A stretch of 64,000 nucleotides of DNA from Deltaproteobacteria bacterium (GTDB lineage: Bacteria; Myxococcota_A; UBA9160; SMWR01): positions 64,001-128,000 of the forward strand of contig JAQBHB010000041.1 of assembly GCA_032128115.1 (NCBI GenBank). Direction: 5' to 3'. The notes below the pieces were generated by a model, which was not told where the DNA came from, searched no databases, and saw only the letters and a program-made list of their open reading frames with translations. Made by a program: the position numbers and the translations under genes. The first letter of the stretch is position 1. Each line of letters starts with the position of its first letter. Below are positions 22,275 to 31,175 of the stretch, piece after piece.

Positions 22275-22279
22275 CGTCC

Positions 22280-22909
22280 TCAGTCGAAGCCAGCCGAGAC
22301 CAGGGCCTCCCGGTAGGCCTCGGGTGTGTTGCAATCGCGAAGGCTCTCGAGGTTCGGGTCCACGTCGCGAAGCTCGTCCGCCGTCACGATTCGCGACTCG
22401 AAGGCCTCCACGAGATACAGGGGGCGCAGCCTGCGCTCTTCCAGCAAACGCCGGGCAACGGGCAACACGTCGCGGGAGTACACCGCCGATGTGACCATGG
22501 TGTGTTCGCCGATCCGCGGCGCGGCGATCGGGAAGCCCTGGGAGAGCGACAGCATCCGCTCCACATACCCGGCCCGGAGCAGGGGAACGTCGCAGGAGGT
22601 CAGGAAGGCGCGCTCCGCCTGCATGGCCTCGAGCCCGGCGCACAAGCCGGCCAGGGGGCCCAGCCCCTCCTCCGGGTCACGCGCGACGCAATAGGAACCC
22701 GTCAACTCCTGTCCTTCGCGGGCCACCACCCAGACTTCCGACACCACCTGGGACACGATCCGAACGATGCGCTCGAGCAGGGTCTCGGGGCCGAAGGGAA
22801 GGCTGGCCTTGTCCCGGGCCATGCGACGCGAGCGCCCCCCACAGAGCACGATCGCCGCCGCCCGATGAACGGCCAGATCGAGGCGCGAAACCCGGGGGAC
22901 GCTGACCAC
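22280..22909 (-). CDS. mobA: Molybdenum cofactor guanylyltransferase
   Basis: IVLCGGRSRRMARDKA, GPLAGL, SCDVPLL, CNTPE. Start uncertain. Confidence 0.88.
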   Translation of the reverse strand: MVSVPRVSRLDLAVHRAAAIVLCGGRSRRMARDKASLPFGPETLLERIVRIVSQVVSEVWVVAREGQELTGSYCVARDPEEGLGPLAGLCAGLEAMQAERAFLTSCDVPLLRAGYVERMLSLSQGFPIAAPRIGEHTMVTSAVYSRDVLPVARRLLEERRLRPLYLVEAFESRIVTADELRDVDPNLESLRDCNTPEAYREALVSAGFD

Positions 22910-23009
22910 AACCGTATGGAAGCCACACGCGCACGTGAAGTCAACGCGGTCGACACCGATGCTATGCTGCCGCGCGGCGGACGCTGCGAGGCGAGAAGGA
23001 GCGAACTCC

Positions 23010-23951
23010 TTGGCGGACGGGTGGGGACGCGTCCTCGTAACGGGCGCCAACGGGAACCTGGGCCGTCGCCTGATCTCCCGATTGCTCCAACCCGGTCGCG
23101 GCGGAGCCACTTCCGTGTGCGCCGTGGTCCGATCCGAACGCGCGGCGGCCAGCCTGCGCGAGCTTCCCGATGCGGCGGACGCAGAGATCGAGATCGTCGA
23201 CTACCGCGACGAAGACGAACTGTGGCGCGTGGCCCAGGGCTCTCGCTTCGTGGTCCACCTGCCCGGCATCATCAAGGAAACCCGGTCCAACTGCTACGAA
23301 GACGTCCACGAGAAGACTTGCATTGCTCTGGCGCGGGCAGCAGCCCGCGCCTCGGTGGAACGGGTGGTCTATCTCAGCATCCTGGGAAGCGACCCGGACT
23401 CCGCCAATCGCTGTCTGGCGTCCAAGGGACGGGCCGAGCGCATCCTGCTGGAGGCGGCGACGCCCACCGTCGTGTTGAGGCTGCCGCTGGTGCTCGGCCC
23501 CGGAGACGACACCGCGCGCATGCTGCGGGCCGAGGCGATGTCGCGCCTGGTTCCCATGCTCGGCGGGGGCCACACCGCGACCCAACCGATCTTCTGCAAC
23601 GACGTGGTCGACGCAATCCTCGCCTGCCTGACCGGGCCCGGCCTGGCCGGCCGCTCGCTGGATCTCGCAGGCCCCGAATCGCTCAGCCAGCGCGAATTCA
23701 TCGCGCGCGCGGCAAAGCTCTGCGGCCGGGTTCCGAGGCTGCTGCCTCTGCCCGTTGGCCTGGTTCGGCTTTTGTTGGGGCCTTTGGAGCGACTGATGGC
23801 CGAGCCTCCCCTCACCCGTGAGATGCTGGGAGTGCTGCTCCACGACGACCGCGTGGATGTGGACGGCGTCTGCAAAGAACTCGGGATCCAACTCACGTCA
23901 CTGGACGAAATGCTCAGGCGGAGCCTGGGCCAGGAGGTCACGAAGGCATGA
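23010..23951 (+). CDS. NAD(P)-binding atypical SDR (NDUFA9-like epimerase family)
   Basis: VLVTGANGNLG, YLSILG, ASKGRAE, LGPGD, QPI, AGPE; TTG start after GAAGGAG. Confidence 0.8.
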   Translation: MADGWGRVLVTGANGNLGRRLISRLLQPGRGGATSVCAVVRSERAAASLRELPDAADAEIEIVDYRDEDELWRVAQGSRFVVHLPGIIKETRSNCYEDVHEKTCIALARAAARASVERVVYLSILGSDPDSANRCLASKGRAERILLEAATPTVVLRLPLVLGPGDDTARMLRAEAMSRLVPMLGGGHTATQPIFCNDVVDAILACLTGPGLAGRSLDLAGPESLSQREFIARAAKLCGRVPRLLPLPVGLVRLLLGPLERLMAEPPLTREMLGVLLHDDRVDVDGVCKELGIQLTSLDEMLRRSLGQEVTKA

Positions 23952-24964
23952 GCGAACCCGGGTCCCATGCGGCGCCCAGCTCCGCGAAGGACGCCGCGAA
24001 GGACGCCGCGCCGCCGGGGCGCCGCCGGAGCTGGCTGCCCCGTCTGGTCTTGTGGGCGCTCACCATCGGCTGCTTCGTCTTCCTCTACTTCAAGATCGAC
24101 GGTGCTGCGGCACGCGAAGGCGAGGATGCCCTCGGCTACCTGGGCGGCGTGTTCGCCCATGTGGACTGGGTGCGCTGGCTGGCGTTGATGATTCCCTACT
24201 CGCTTTTCTTCTTCCTGATCGACACCGCCGTGGTGTGGCGCGTCATCAACTGGTTCAACGTGCGCTTGGGTTACAAGGATCTGCTGCCGATCCGCGGCAG
24301 CGCCTACATCATCTCGATCGTCAACGAGCAGGTGGGAAAGGGCGCCATGGCGCTCTACCTGAACCGCCGCGACGGCGTCTCGGGCTGGGAAGTCGGCTCG
24401 AGCATGCTGTTCATCATGTTCTGCGAGTTCTACTACCTGCTCATGTGGGCCACCGTCGGGTATGCGATTTCCAGCGATACCCTTCCGCCGGAGTTCGGCC
24501 TGATCCCCTGGTTGGCCCTGGCTGCAGCGGCTTTCTTCGCGGCCTGGCTGCTGTTCTTCCGGGGCGTGTTGGCGCCACGATCCGCGCTTCGCGAGAGACC
24601 GATCCTGCTGGCCTTTCGCAAGGCCCGCCTGCGCCACTACCTGGGCATCGTGGCCCTGCGCTCTCCGGCCCTGCTCTCGGGCGTGCTGGTCTACACATTG
24701 GCCCTGCGCCTGTTCGGCGTGGACGTGACCTTCCTCGAGATGTTGGGCTACGCGCCGGTGGTGTTCTGCTTCGCGGCGGTTCCCACGCCCATGCGCGCCG
24801 CGGCGATCACCCTGTGGGCCACCCTGTTCCCGGATAGCCCCGGAGAGATGACTGCCTTCGGAATCGTGCAGCACAACTTCTTCATCTTCTTCAACGCCGC
24901 CATCGGGCTGCTATTCGTGCGGCGCGCGAACCGGGAGTTATTCGGAAGGGGCGACGGCGCCTGA
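23948..24964 (+). CDS. Polytopic membrane protein, lysylphosphatidylglycerol-synthase TM (flippase-like) family
   Basis: About 8 hydrophobic segments with UPF0104-like layout; ATGA overlap with the upstream gene. Confidence 0.6.
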   Translation: MSEPGSHAAPSSAKDAAKDAAPPGRRRSWLPRLVLWALTIGCFVFLYFKIDGAAAREGEDALGYLGGVFAHVDWVRWLALMIPYSLFFFLIDTAVVWRVINWFNVRLGYKDLLPIRGSAYIISIVNEQVGKGAMALYLNRRDGVSGWEVGSSMLFIMFCEFYYLLMWATVGYAISSDTLPPEFGLIPWLALAAAAFFAAWLLFFRGVLAPRSALRERPILLAFRKARLRHYLGIVALRSPALLSGVLVYTLALRLFGVDVTFLEMLGYAPVVFCFAAVPTPMRAAAITLWATLFPDSPGEMTAFGIVQHNFFIFFNAAIGLLFVRRANRELFGRGDGA

Positions 24965-25486
24965 CCGGGTGCGCAGGAGAAGGCGCGCACGATCCCCGAT
25001 CGAGATCGCGGTGGTGAAAACGAGCCCCCAGGCGAGTGCCTCCACCCAGGAGGGGGGAGGCCACCCGAGGCCGATGGCGTCGCGAACCACCGGAATCGCG
25101 ACGATCACGTAATAGGCGATGCCGTTCCAGCGGCCCAACGGGATGGGGTGCACGCCCCGGGCCGCGAGAATCTCCGAGTCCAGGGCGTATTGGGCGAAGG
25201 CCACCGCGATCAAAAGGGGCAGCAGCCCCGGTAGAGCGCCGGCGAACGCCAGCGCAGCGGTGCCTGACGTGACGAAGACGGCGTCGACAGCGTGATCGAA
25301 GAGACCGCCAGCCGGCGAGGTCTCTCCGGCGCGGCGCGCCAGCCAACCGTCGGCGACGTCGCTGGCCACCGCCAGGGCGAAGACCAGACTGGCTGCCACG
25401 GCGGAGTCTCGCGCGATTGCCCACACCAGCACCGGCGCGAGCAGCAGGCGCAGCAGGGTGAGCGCATTCGCCGGCGTTGCCGTCAT
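24938..25486 (-). CDS. CDP-alcohol phosphatidyltransferase
   Basis: PANALTLLR and signature DVADGWLAR...GGLFDHAVD. Confidence 0.9.
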   Translation of the reverse strand: MTATPANALTLLRLLLAPVLVWAIARDSAVAASLVFALAVASDVADGWLARRAGETSPAGGLFDHAVDAVFVTSGTAALAFAGALPGLLPLLIAVAFAQYALDSEILAARGVHPIPLGRWNGIAYYVIVAIPVVRDAIGLGWPPPSWVEALAWGLVFTTAISIGDRARLLLRTRSGAVAPSE

Positions 25487-25587
25487 GGCACGACGACTGT
25501 ACCCGGCGCCGCGCATGCCTACCAAACGATCCACGCCTACCCAACATGGGTGGGACGGCTACCCTTCGCGCGCTCGGTGAACCGGAA

Positions 25588-26013
25588 ATGAAACAGACTC
25601 TGACGATCCTGATGCTGGGCCCGGCCCTGGCCTGCTCGGATGGCGCAGCGCCGCCGGCCGACGCCGCGGTGCAACAGGGAAAGACGATCTACGAGAACGT
25701 CTGCATCGTCTGTCACAATGCTGATCCCAACCTGGAAGGCTCGCTGGGCCCGGCCATCGCCGGCGCGTCGCGGGAGCTGCTCTCGGCCAAGGTGCTTCGC
25801 GGCGAGTACCCGATCGGGTACACGCCCAAACGCCCGGGGCAGACCATGCCGAGGCTCACGTACCTGGCCGACGGGATCGATGCGCTGGCGGCCTACCTGG
25901 CATCCGGGGCTCCCAACGCAAAGGCGGGGGGCGCAAAGCCCCCCGCCCTGGAACGCGTCCGAACCGCCGCTTCTACAACAGGATCGACTGGGCGAGATAG
26001 AGAACCACGGTGA
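25588..26013 (+). CDS. Monoheme cytochrome c lipoprotein
   Basis: Lipobox ALA-C, CIVCH heme motif, distal Met (TMP). The tail runs through a hairpin and overlaps the convergent gene by 41 bp. Confidence 0.85.
   Translation: MKQTLTILMLGPALACSDGAAPPADAAVQQGKTIYENVCIVCHNADPNLEGSLGPAIAGASRELLSAKVLRGEYPIGYTPKRPGQTMPRLTYLADGIDALAAYLASGAPNAKAGGAKPPALERVRTAASTTGSTGRDREPR
25923..25947 (-). terminator. Intrinsic terminator-like hairpin
   Basis: Perfect 10-bp GC stem GGCGGGGGGC/GCCCCCCGCC, followed on the minus strand by TTTGCGTT, 25 nt after the PuuD-like stop. Confidence 0.6.
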
Positions 26014-26701
26014 CCGCGAGGCCCAGGTGGATGGTGCCGCTCACCTTGGTGAGAGGTTTCTGGGTCGCGGCTCCGGGGCCGATCAACCCATTCACTTCCA
26101 CGAGTCCGATCACCACCAGCGCCACTGCCCAGTAGAGGCCCAGCTGGCCGCCGCCCATGTCCAGGGCCGAGGTCAGGGACGGGAAGTGGCTGGCCGCCGC
26201 CATGAAGAACAGCATGGGAATCGAGAACAGGGTGTTGGTGCGCGAAGACATTCCCGCCGCGGCGCCGCGGCGGGCCGCCGTGGGATCCGCTTCGCCGCCG
26301 GCCGCCGTCTTCTCGGCGTTTGCGATCACCACCCTCTGGGCGGGCCAGATCACGAACCACACGTTCGCCCACATGAGCGTTCCCATGATCCCACCGGTCA
26401 GGATGCGAGTCATGTAGCCGGTGCCGAGACCCACGCCATCGTGGCCGAACTTCGTCAGCACGATCAACCAGCCGGTGAGAAACGTGAACATGGCGCCCCA
26501 GCGGAACCACCACAGGGCGTTGGGAACGAGCCCGCGGGTCATCGCCCCCTTGGCCGGGCCGCCCAGATCCGTGCCGAAGAACGGGGTCTGGAGGAAGTTG
26601 AAGTAGTAGAGGATCCCGATCCAGGTGATCCCGGCCAGGAAGTGGAACCAGCGGAGGAGGAAGTACCACCCCTCCATGCTGAAGAGTTCGAGTCCCATCA
26701 C
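25973..26701 (-). CDS. PuuD-like (Urate_ox_N) integral membrane protein without cytochrome c domain
   Basis: LLRWFHFLAGITWIGILYYFNF, WFRWGAMFTFLTG, GTLMWANVWFVIWPAQ, SRTNT..SIPMLFFM; no CxxCH. Confidence 0.75.
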   Translation of the reverse strand: MMGLELFSMEGWYFLLRWFHFLAGITWIGILYYFNFLQTPFFGTDLGGPAKGAMTRGLVPNALWWFRWGAMFTFLTGWLIVLTKFGHDGVGLGTGYMTRILTGGIMGTLMWANVWFVIWPAQRVVIANAEKTAAGGEADPTAARRGAAAGMSSRTNTLFSIPMLFFMAAASHFPSLTSALDMGGGQLGLYWAVALVVIGLVEVNGLIGPGAATQKPLTKVSGTIHLGLAVTVVLYLAQSILL

Positions 26702-26790
26702 CTGTCCTCCCGTTGCGCAGGCTGCGCGGGGCGAGTGTACCGTCGAAGCAATGGATTTGTGGGATAGATTTGCCGGTTCGTGACGTCAGA

Positions 26791-27687
26791 TCAGCGCGGT
26801 GCCCAGCGCGGAATCCGCGTAGTGATCTGCCCCCAGCCCAGATCGCCGAACAGACTTTCGACGCCTTCCGGATCCGCTCCGCGATACGCCAGCGCGCGAA
26901 GGCTGGCCCGGATCCCCGGGACATCCCGGCGCACGGTGGCCAGCACACGGGTGCGCAGGGCGCGCTCCCGGTGCTCGTCGATGGCAGCAGCAGCGCGGGC
27001 GGCGCCGCGCACGCCGATGCCGTTCCAGCGCTCCGGGTCCGCGGGGATCTTCTCGATGCGCCCGAAGGCCCGCAGGGCCGCGGCAGCGGTCTTCGCTCCC
27101 ACACCCGGAACGCCCTTCAGGTTGTCCACGCTGTCGCCCATGAGGGCCAGGTAGTCGGGAATCTGCTCCGGGCTCACGCCGAATTTCTCGCGCACTCCTC
27201 CCGCGTCCCGGGTCTCGTCGCGCGCCAGGTCGTGCATCACCACCCGGCCGTCCTCGCGAACCACCTGGGCCAGGTCCTTGTCGGTGGTCACCACCACCAC
27301 CCGGGCCCCCTTTCGGGCAAGCTGGGCGGTCAGGGTCGCGATCACGTCGTCGGCCTCGAAGTTCTCGGCCTCGAAGGCCGCGATCCCCAGGGCGCGGCTC
27401 ACCTGGACACACAGATCGAACTGGGGTTCCAGGTCGGCTGGGGTCTCGTCCCGGTTCGCCTTGTACTCCGGAGCGATCTCGTTCCGGAAGCTTTCCATGG
27501 AATGATCGAAGGCCACCGCCAGATGACTCGGTCGCTTGTCGGTCAGGTACTTGAGCAGCGAGTTGGCGAAGCCGTAGGCCGCGTGGGTGGGTGTGCCGTC
27601 GGGCGCCTTCATGTCCGGCAGCGAGTAGTAGGCGCGAAAGATGTAGACGGACCCATCGATCAGGTGAACGACGGGGCCGCGAGCCAT
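26791..27687 (-). CDS. Stand-alone 5'-3' exonuclease / flap endonuclease (PolA N-terminal / ExoIX-like)
   Basis: LIDGSVYIFRAYY, YKANR, FEADDVIATL, DKDL, ALMGDSVDNLKGVPGVGAKTA. Confidence 0.92.
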   Translation of the reverse strand: MARGPVVHLIDGSVYIFRAYYSLPDMKAPDGTPTHAAYGFANSLLKYLTDKRPSHLAVAFDHSMESFRNEIAPEYKANRDETPADLEPQFDLCVQVSRALGIAAFEAENFEADDVIATLTAQLARKGARVVVVTTDKDLAQVVREDGRVVMHDLARDETRDAGGVREKFGVSPEQIPDYLALMGDSVDNLKGVPGVGAKTAAAALRAFGRIEKIPADPERWNGIGVRGAARAAAAIDEHRERALRTRVLATVRRDVPGIRASLRALAYRGADPEGVESLFGDLGWGQITTRIPRWAPR

Positions 27688-27690
27688 GGT

Positions 27691-29418
27691 TCAGACCCGG
27701 GGCGCGAAGCTGCGCTCTTCCAGGATGGTGTCGATGATGGCCGACGAAGCCTTGTCCAGATCCACGCTGCGGCTCTTCGCACCCGAGCGGCGTTGGATTT
27801 CGACCTTCCCCTCTTCCAGACCCTTGGGACCGATCGTGACGCGATAGGGGATGCCGATCAGATCCGCGTCCTTGAACTTGACGCCCGGCCGCTCGTCGCG
27901 ATCGTCGAGCAGCACGTCGATGCCCTCGCCCTTCAGCGCCTCGTAGAGGGACGCGGCCGCTTCGCTGGTGCGCACGTCTCCCGGCTTGATCACGGTGATC
28001 ACCAGCTCGAAGGGCGCGATGGAGAGCGGCCACACGATGCCGGACTCGTCGTGGCAGCGCTCCACCACGGCGGCCAGGGTGCGTTCGATCCCGATGCCGT
28101 AGGAGCCCATCACGATGGGGCGAGATTTGCCGGTCTCGTCCAGGACGCAGGCGCCAAGGGCTTCGCTGAAGCGCGTGCCCAGCTTGAAGATGTGCCCCAC
28201 CTCGATGGCCTTGCCCACCGAGAGCGGCGTGTCGCACATGGGACAGCCCTCACCCGCCCTCACCTCGCGCAGGTCGAGCCAGGTCGCCACCTGGATGTCC
28301 CGGCCCACGTCGACGCCGCGCAGGTGGAAATCGTCCTGGTTGGCGCCCGTGGTCATGCCGCCGCGACCCTCGAGGGCCGCGTCGGCCAGGATCCGCAGGT
28401 CCGAAACACCCACCGCACCCAGGCTTCCCGGCGACGCTCCCAGCGCGGCCCGGATCTCCGATTCCGAAGCGGGCCGCATGTCGCTGGCGCCGGTGGCGTC
28501 CTTCAGCTTCTGCTCCGCCAGGGGGTGATCGCCGCGCAGCAACACCAGCGCGGTCTCGCCGTCGAGCACGTAGACGAGGGTCTTGATCTGCTGCTCCGCG
28601 GGCGCCCCGTCCTCGATGCGCGTCAGGTCTTCGATGGTGCGAACGCCTGGCGTCGCGAACTTCTCGGGGGCGTCGTGCGGCTCTCCGTCTTCCGATGTGG
28701 GGATCTGGGACGTCGCCTTCTCCAGGTTGGCCGCATAGCCGCAGGCGCCACACGACGCAACGTGGTCCTCGCCGGCGTCGCTTCCCACGATGAACTCCAC
28801 CGACTCGCTTCCGCCCATTACCCCCGACGAGGCTTCGACGGCCATGGTGTCGACGCCGCAACGGGCGAAGATCTTGCGGTAGGCCTCGAAGTGGCGCTGG
28901 AAGGAGCGGTCCAACCCCTCCGTGTCCAGGTCGAACGAGTACGAATCCTTCATGGTGAACTCGCGCACGCGCATGAGTCCCGACTTGGGGCGCGCCTCGT
29001 CGCGAAACTTGGTCTGGATCTGGTACCAGATCTGGGGGAGCTGCTTGTAGCTCCGCAACTCGCCCGCCACCGTGGCGAAGATCTCCTCCGCCGTCATGCC
29101 CAGAACCAGGTCGGTGTCCCGGCGGTCCTGCAGCCGGAACATCTCCTGGCCGATGGAATCCCAGCGACCACTGCGCCGCCAGATCTCGCCCGGGTGCAAC
29201 GCCGGGAGTCTGCACTCCTGGGCGCCCATGGCATTCATCTCGTGGCGTACGATGGCGGTGATCTTGTGGCACACGCGCATGCCCAGGGGCAGCAGCGAGT
29301 AGACTCCCGTCATGAGCTGCCGAATGAAGCCGGCGCGCACCAGAAGCTTGTGGCTGATGGCTTCGGCATCGGCGGGATCGTCGCGAAGTGTGGGAATGAA
29401 AGATTGGGACCAGCGCAC
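27691..29418 (-). CDS. proS: Proline--tRNA ligase (bacterial type with INS editing domain)
   Basis: FIPTLRDDPADAE, QIQTKFRDEARP, REFTMKDSYSF, IEVGHIFKLG, MGSYGIG, PGVKFKDADLIG. Confidence 0.98.
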   Translation of the reverse strand: MRWSQSFIPTLRDDPADAEAISHKLLVRAGFIRQLMTGVYSLLPLGMRVCHKITAIVRHEMNAMGAQECRLPALHPGEIWRRSGRWDSIGQEMFRLQDRRDTDLVLGMTAEEIFATVAGELRSYKQLPQIWYQIQTKFRDEARPKSGLMRVREFTMKDSYSFDLDTEGLDRSFQRHFEAYRKIFARCGVDTMAVEASSGVMGGSESVEFIVGSDAGEDHVASCGACGYAANLEKATSQIPTSEDGEPHDAPEKFATPGVRTIEDLTRIEDGAPAEQQIKTLVYVLDGETALVLLRGDHPLAEQKLKDATGASDMRPASESEIRAALGASPGSLGAVGVSDLRILADAALEGRGGMTTGANQDDFHLRGVDVGRDIQVATWLDLREVRAGEGCPMCDTPLSVGKAIEVGHIFKLGTRFSEALGACVLDETGKSRPIVMGSYGIGIERTLAAVVERCHDESGIVWPLSIAPFELVITVIKPGDVRTSEAAASLYEALKGEGIDVLLDDRDERPGVKFKDADLIGIPYRVTIGPKGLEEGKVEIQRRSGAKSRSVDLDKASSAIIDTILEERSFAPRV

Positions 29419-29440
29419 CGTTCGCCCCCCTCGCCGGACT

Positions 29441-30310
29441 CTAGCGAAACGATACGCCTTGCGATCGGGTGGTTTCGGTGAAGACGGCTCGGATCTTCTG
29501 GAAGAGCGGCCCAGGGTGACCGTCGCCGATGGGGCGGGCGTCCAGGGACCGGATGGGAACCAGGCCGGCGCCGCTTCCCGTGAGGAAGGCTTCGTCGGCT
29601 GCGAACAGGTCGAAGCGGCCCAGCGTGCGCTCGCGGGCGGGGATGCCGAGCGTGCCGGCCAGTTCCAGGACCACACCCCGGTTGATGCCCTCGAGCGCAC
29701 CGTCGCTGGCCGGGGGCGTGCGCAGCTCGCCATCGCGATATACGAAGACGTTGGCGACGCTGGCCTCGGCCACATTGCCGGCTGCGTTCAGGAGCAGGGC
29801 CTCGTCGGCGCCCTGACGGCGGGCCTCGAGCTTGGCCAGGGCGCTGTTCAGGTAGTTGAGGCTCTTCACGCGCGGGTCGAGTACGTCCGGTCCCGGGCGT
29901 CGACCACTGGCCGTCACCAGATCGATGCCCCGGGCGATCTTCTCTTCTGGATAGATGTTCAGGCGGTCGACGATGCAGAGGATGCGCGGAGTGGGGCAGC
30001 TGGTCGGATCGACCCCCAGCTCGCCATCGCCCCGGGTTACCAGCAGACGCACATAGGCCTCGTCCTCCCCGTACTGGCGCAGGGTCTCGAACACGATCTC
30101 GCGAAGTTCGTCTCGGCTCGCGGGGATCTCGAGTGCGATGGCACGCGCAGAGGTTTCCAGGCGCGAGAGGTGTCCGTCGATGCGGAAGACACGACCTGCG
30201 GTGACGCGAATGCCCTCGAAGACACCGTCGCCATACAGGAGTCCATGATCCGTAACCGGAATGCGAGCTTCGCTCCCATCCACCACGGCGCCGTCGATCC
30301 AGACCTTCAT
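29441..30310 (-). CDS. ilvE: Branched-chain amino acid aminotransferase (class IV PLP)
   Basis: DHGLLYGDGVFEGIR, KSLNYLN, EALLLN, LEGINR, ADEAFLTG. Confidence 0.88.
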   Translation of the reverse strand: MKVWIDGAVVDGSEARIPVTDHGLLYGDGVFEGIRVTAGRVFRIDGHLSRLETSARAIALEIPASRDELREIVFETLRQYGEDEAYVRLLVTRGDGELGVDPTSCPTPRILCIVDRLNIYPEEKIARGIDLVTASGRRPGPDVLDPRVKSLNYLNSALAKLEARRQGADEALLLNAAGNVAEASVANVFVYRDGELRTPPASDGALEGINRGVVLELAGTLGIPARERTLGRFDLFAADEAFLTGSGAGLVPIRSLDARPIGDGHPGPLFQKIRAVFTETTRSQGVSFR

Positions 30311-31062
30311 GTCTGCCTCCCCTCGTTTCCCTGGAGTCGGGTCGCGATTACTCCGGCCCACTGCTGCGTGCGACGCGCCACGCGATCCGCACCCAGGTCT
30401 TCCATGCGCGGCGTGGCCGCGGCAACGGCCACGGCAGCGATCATGCGGCCACTCATCAGGACCGGAGCCGCCACCACCCAGAGCCCCGGAATCCATTCGT
30501 CGCGATTGCTTGCGTGGCCACGCTGGCGCGCCTGCTCGATCTCGTGGGCAAGATCTGCGGGCCGGACCGGCGTGGCCGCCGTGTAGCGTTCGAGCGGGGG
30601 CGGGGGCGCGGCCACGGCGTCGCCCCCGAAAGCCAGGAAGAGTTTGCCCACGGCAGTGGCGTGGACCGGAACCTCGGCGCCCACCCGAGGCGCCGCACGC
30701 AGGAAGCCGGTTCCCTCGGCCTTGTCGAGCACTAGGATGCGCCCAGCCCGGGCGCCCACGAGGAAGACGGTCTCGCCGAGCTCATCGGCGCCCGACTCCA
30801 GCACCGGCCGGGCGGCCGCCACCACCGGCTCGCGGGCCAGCGCTCCTAGACCGAGGGCCACCAGGGCGATGCCGGTTCGATAGCGGCCGAGCGAATCGCG
30901 TTCGACCAGCCCGCGGCGCCCCAGGCCCGCGAGCAACCGGTGGGCACTCGACTTGGGAAGGCCCAGGGCGCGGCCGATGGCGGTCACGCCCTGGGGCGTC
31001 GCCTCGCCGTGCAGGTGGAAGAGCACGTCCAAGGCCTTGTCGATGCTGGCCTGGGCCTCCAC
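30307..31062 (-). CDS. IclR-family transcriptional regulator
   Basis: SIDKALDVL, HTH LGLPKSSAHRLL, LGETV, PVHATAVGK, VAAPV; AGGAG ribosome-binding site; ATGA overlap with ilvE. Confidence 0.92.
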   Translation of the reverse strand: MEAQASIDKALDVLFHLHGEATPQGVTAIGRALGLPKSSAHRLLAGLGRRGLVERDSLGRYRTGIALVALGLGALAREPVVAAARPVLESGADELGETVFLVGARAGRILVLDKAEGTGFLRAAPRVGAEVPVHATAVGKLFLAFGGDAVAAPPPPLERYTAATPVRPADLAHEIEQARQRGHASNRDEWIPGLWVVAAPVLMSGRMIAAVAVAAATPRMEDLGADRVARRTQQWAGVIATRLQGNEGRQT

Positions 31063-31095
31063 GCGGTCTCCTGTTGATTCTCGTTCTTGATTATC

Positions 31096-31132
31096 GTTCT
31101 TATATACGGAACATAGATCTATATGTCGGAAC
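31096..31132. promoter_or_regulatory. Two tandem 17-bp IclR-type operator candidates (minus strand GTTCCGACATATAGATC and GTTCCGTATATAAGAAC)
   Basis: AT-rich imperfect dyads GTTC-N9-GAAC at 31096-31112 and 31116-31132, just upstream of the IclR gene. Confidence 0.6.
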
Positions 31133-31175
31133 AATACTATCCACGTGAGGCTCGCAATGCAAACGAGGTGCGGAC

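Noticed and set aside
26713..29481. 922-aa plus-strand ORF
   Set aside because: Antisense shadow of proS and the 5'-3' exonuclease.
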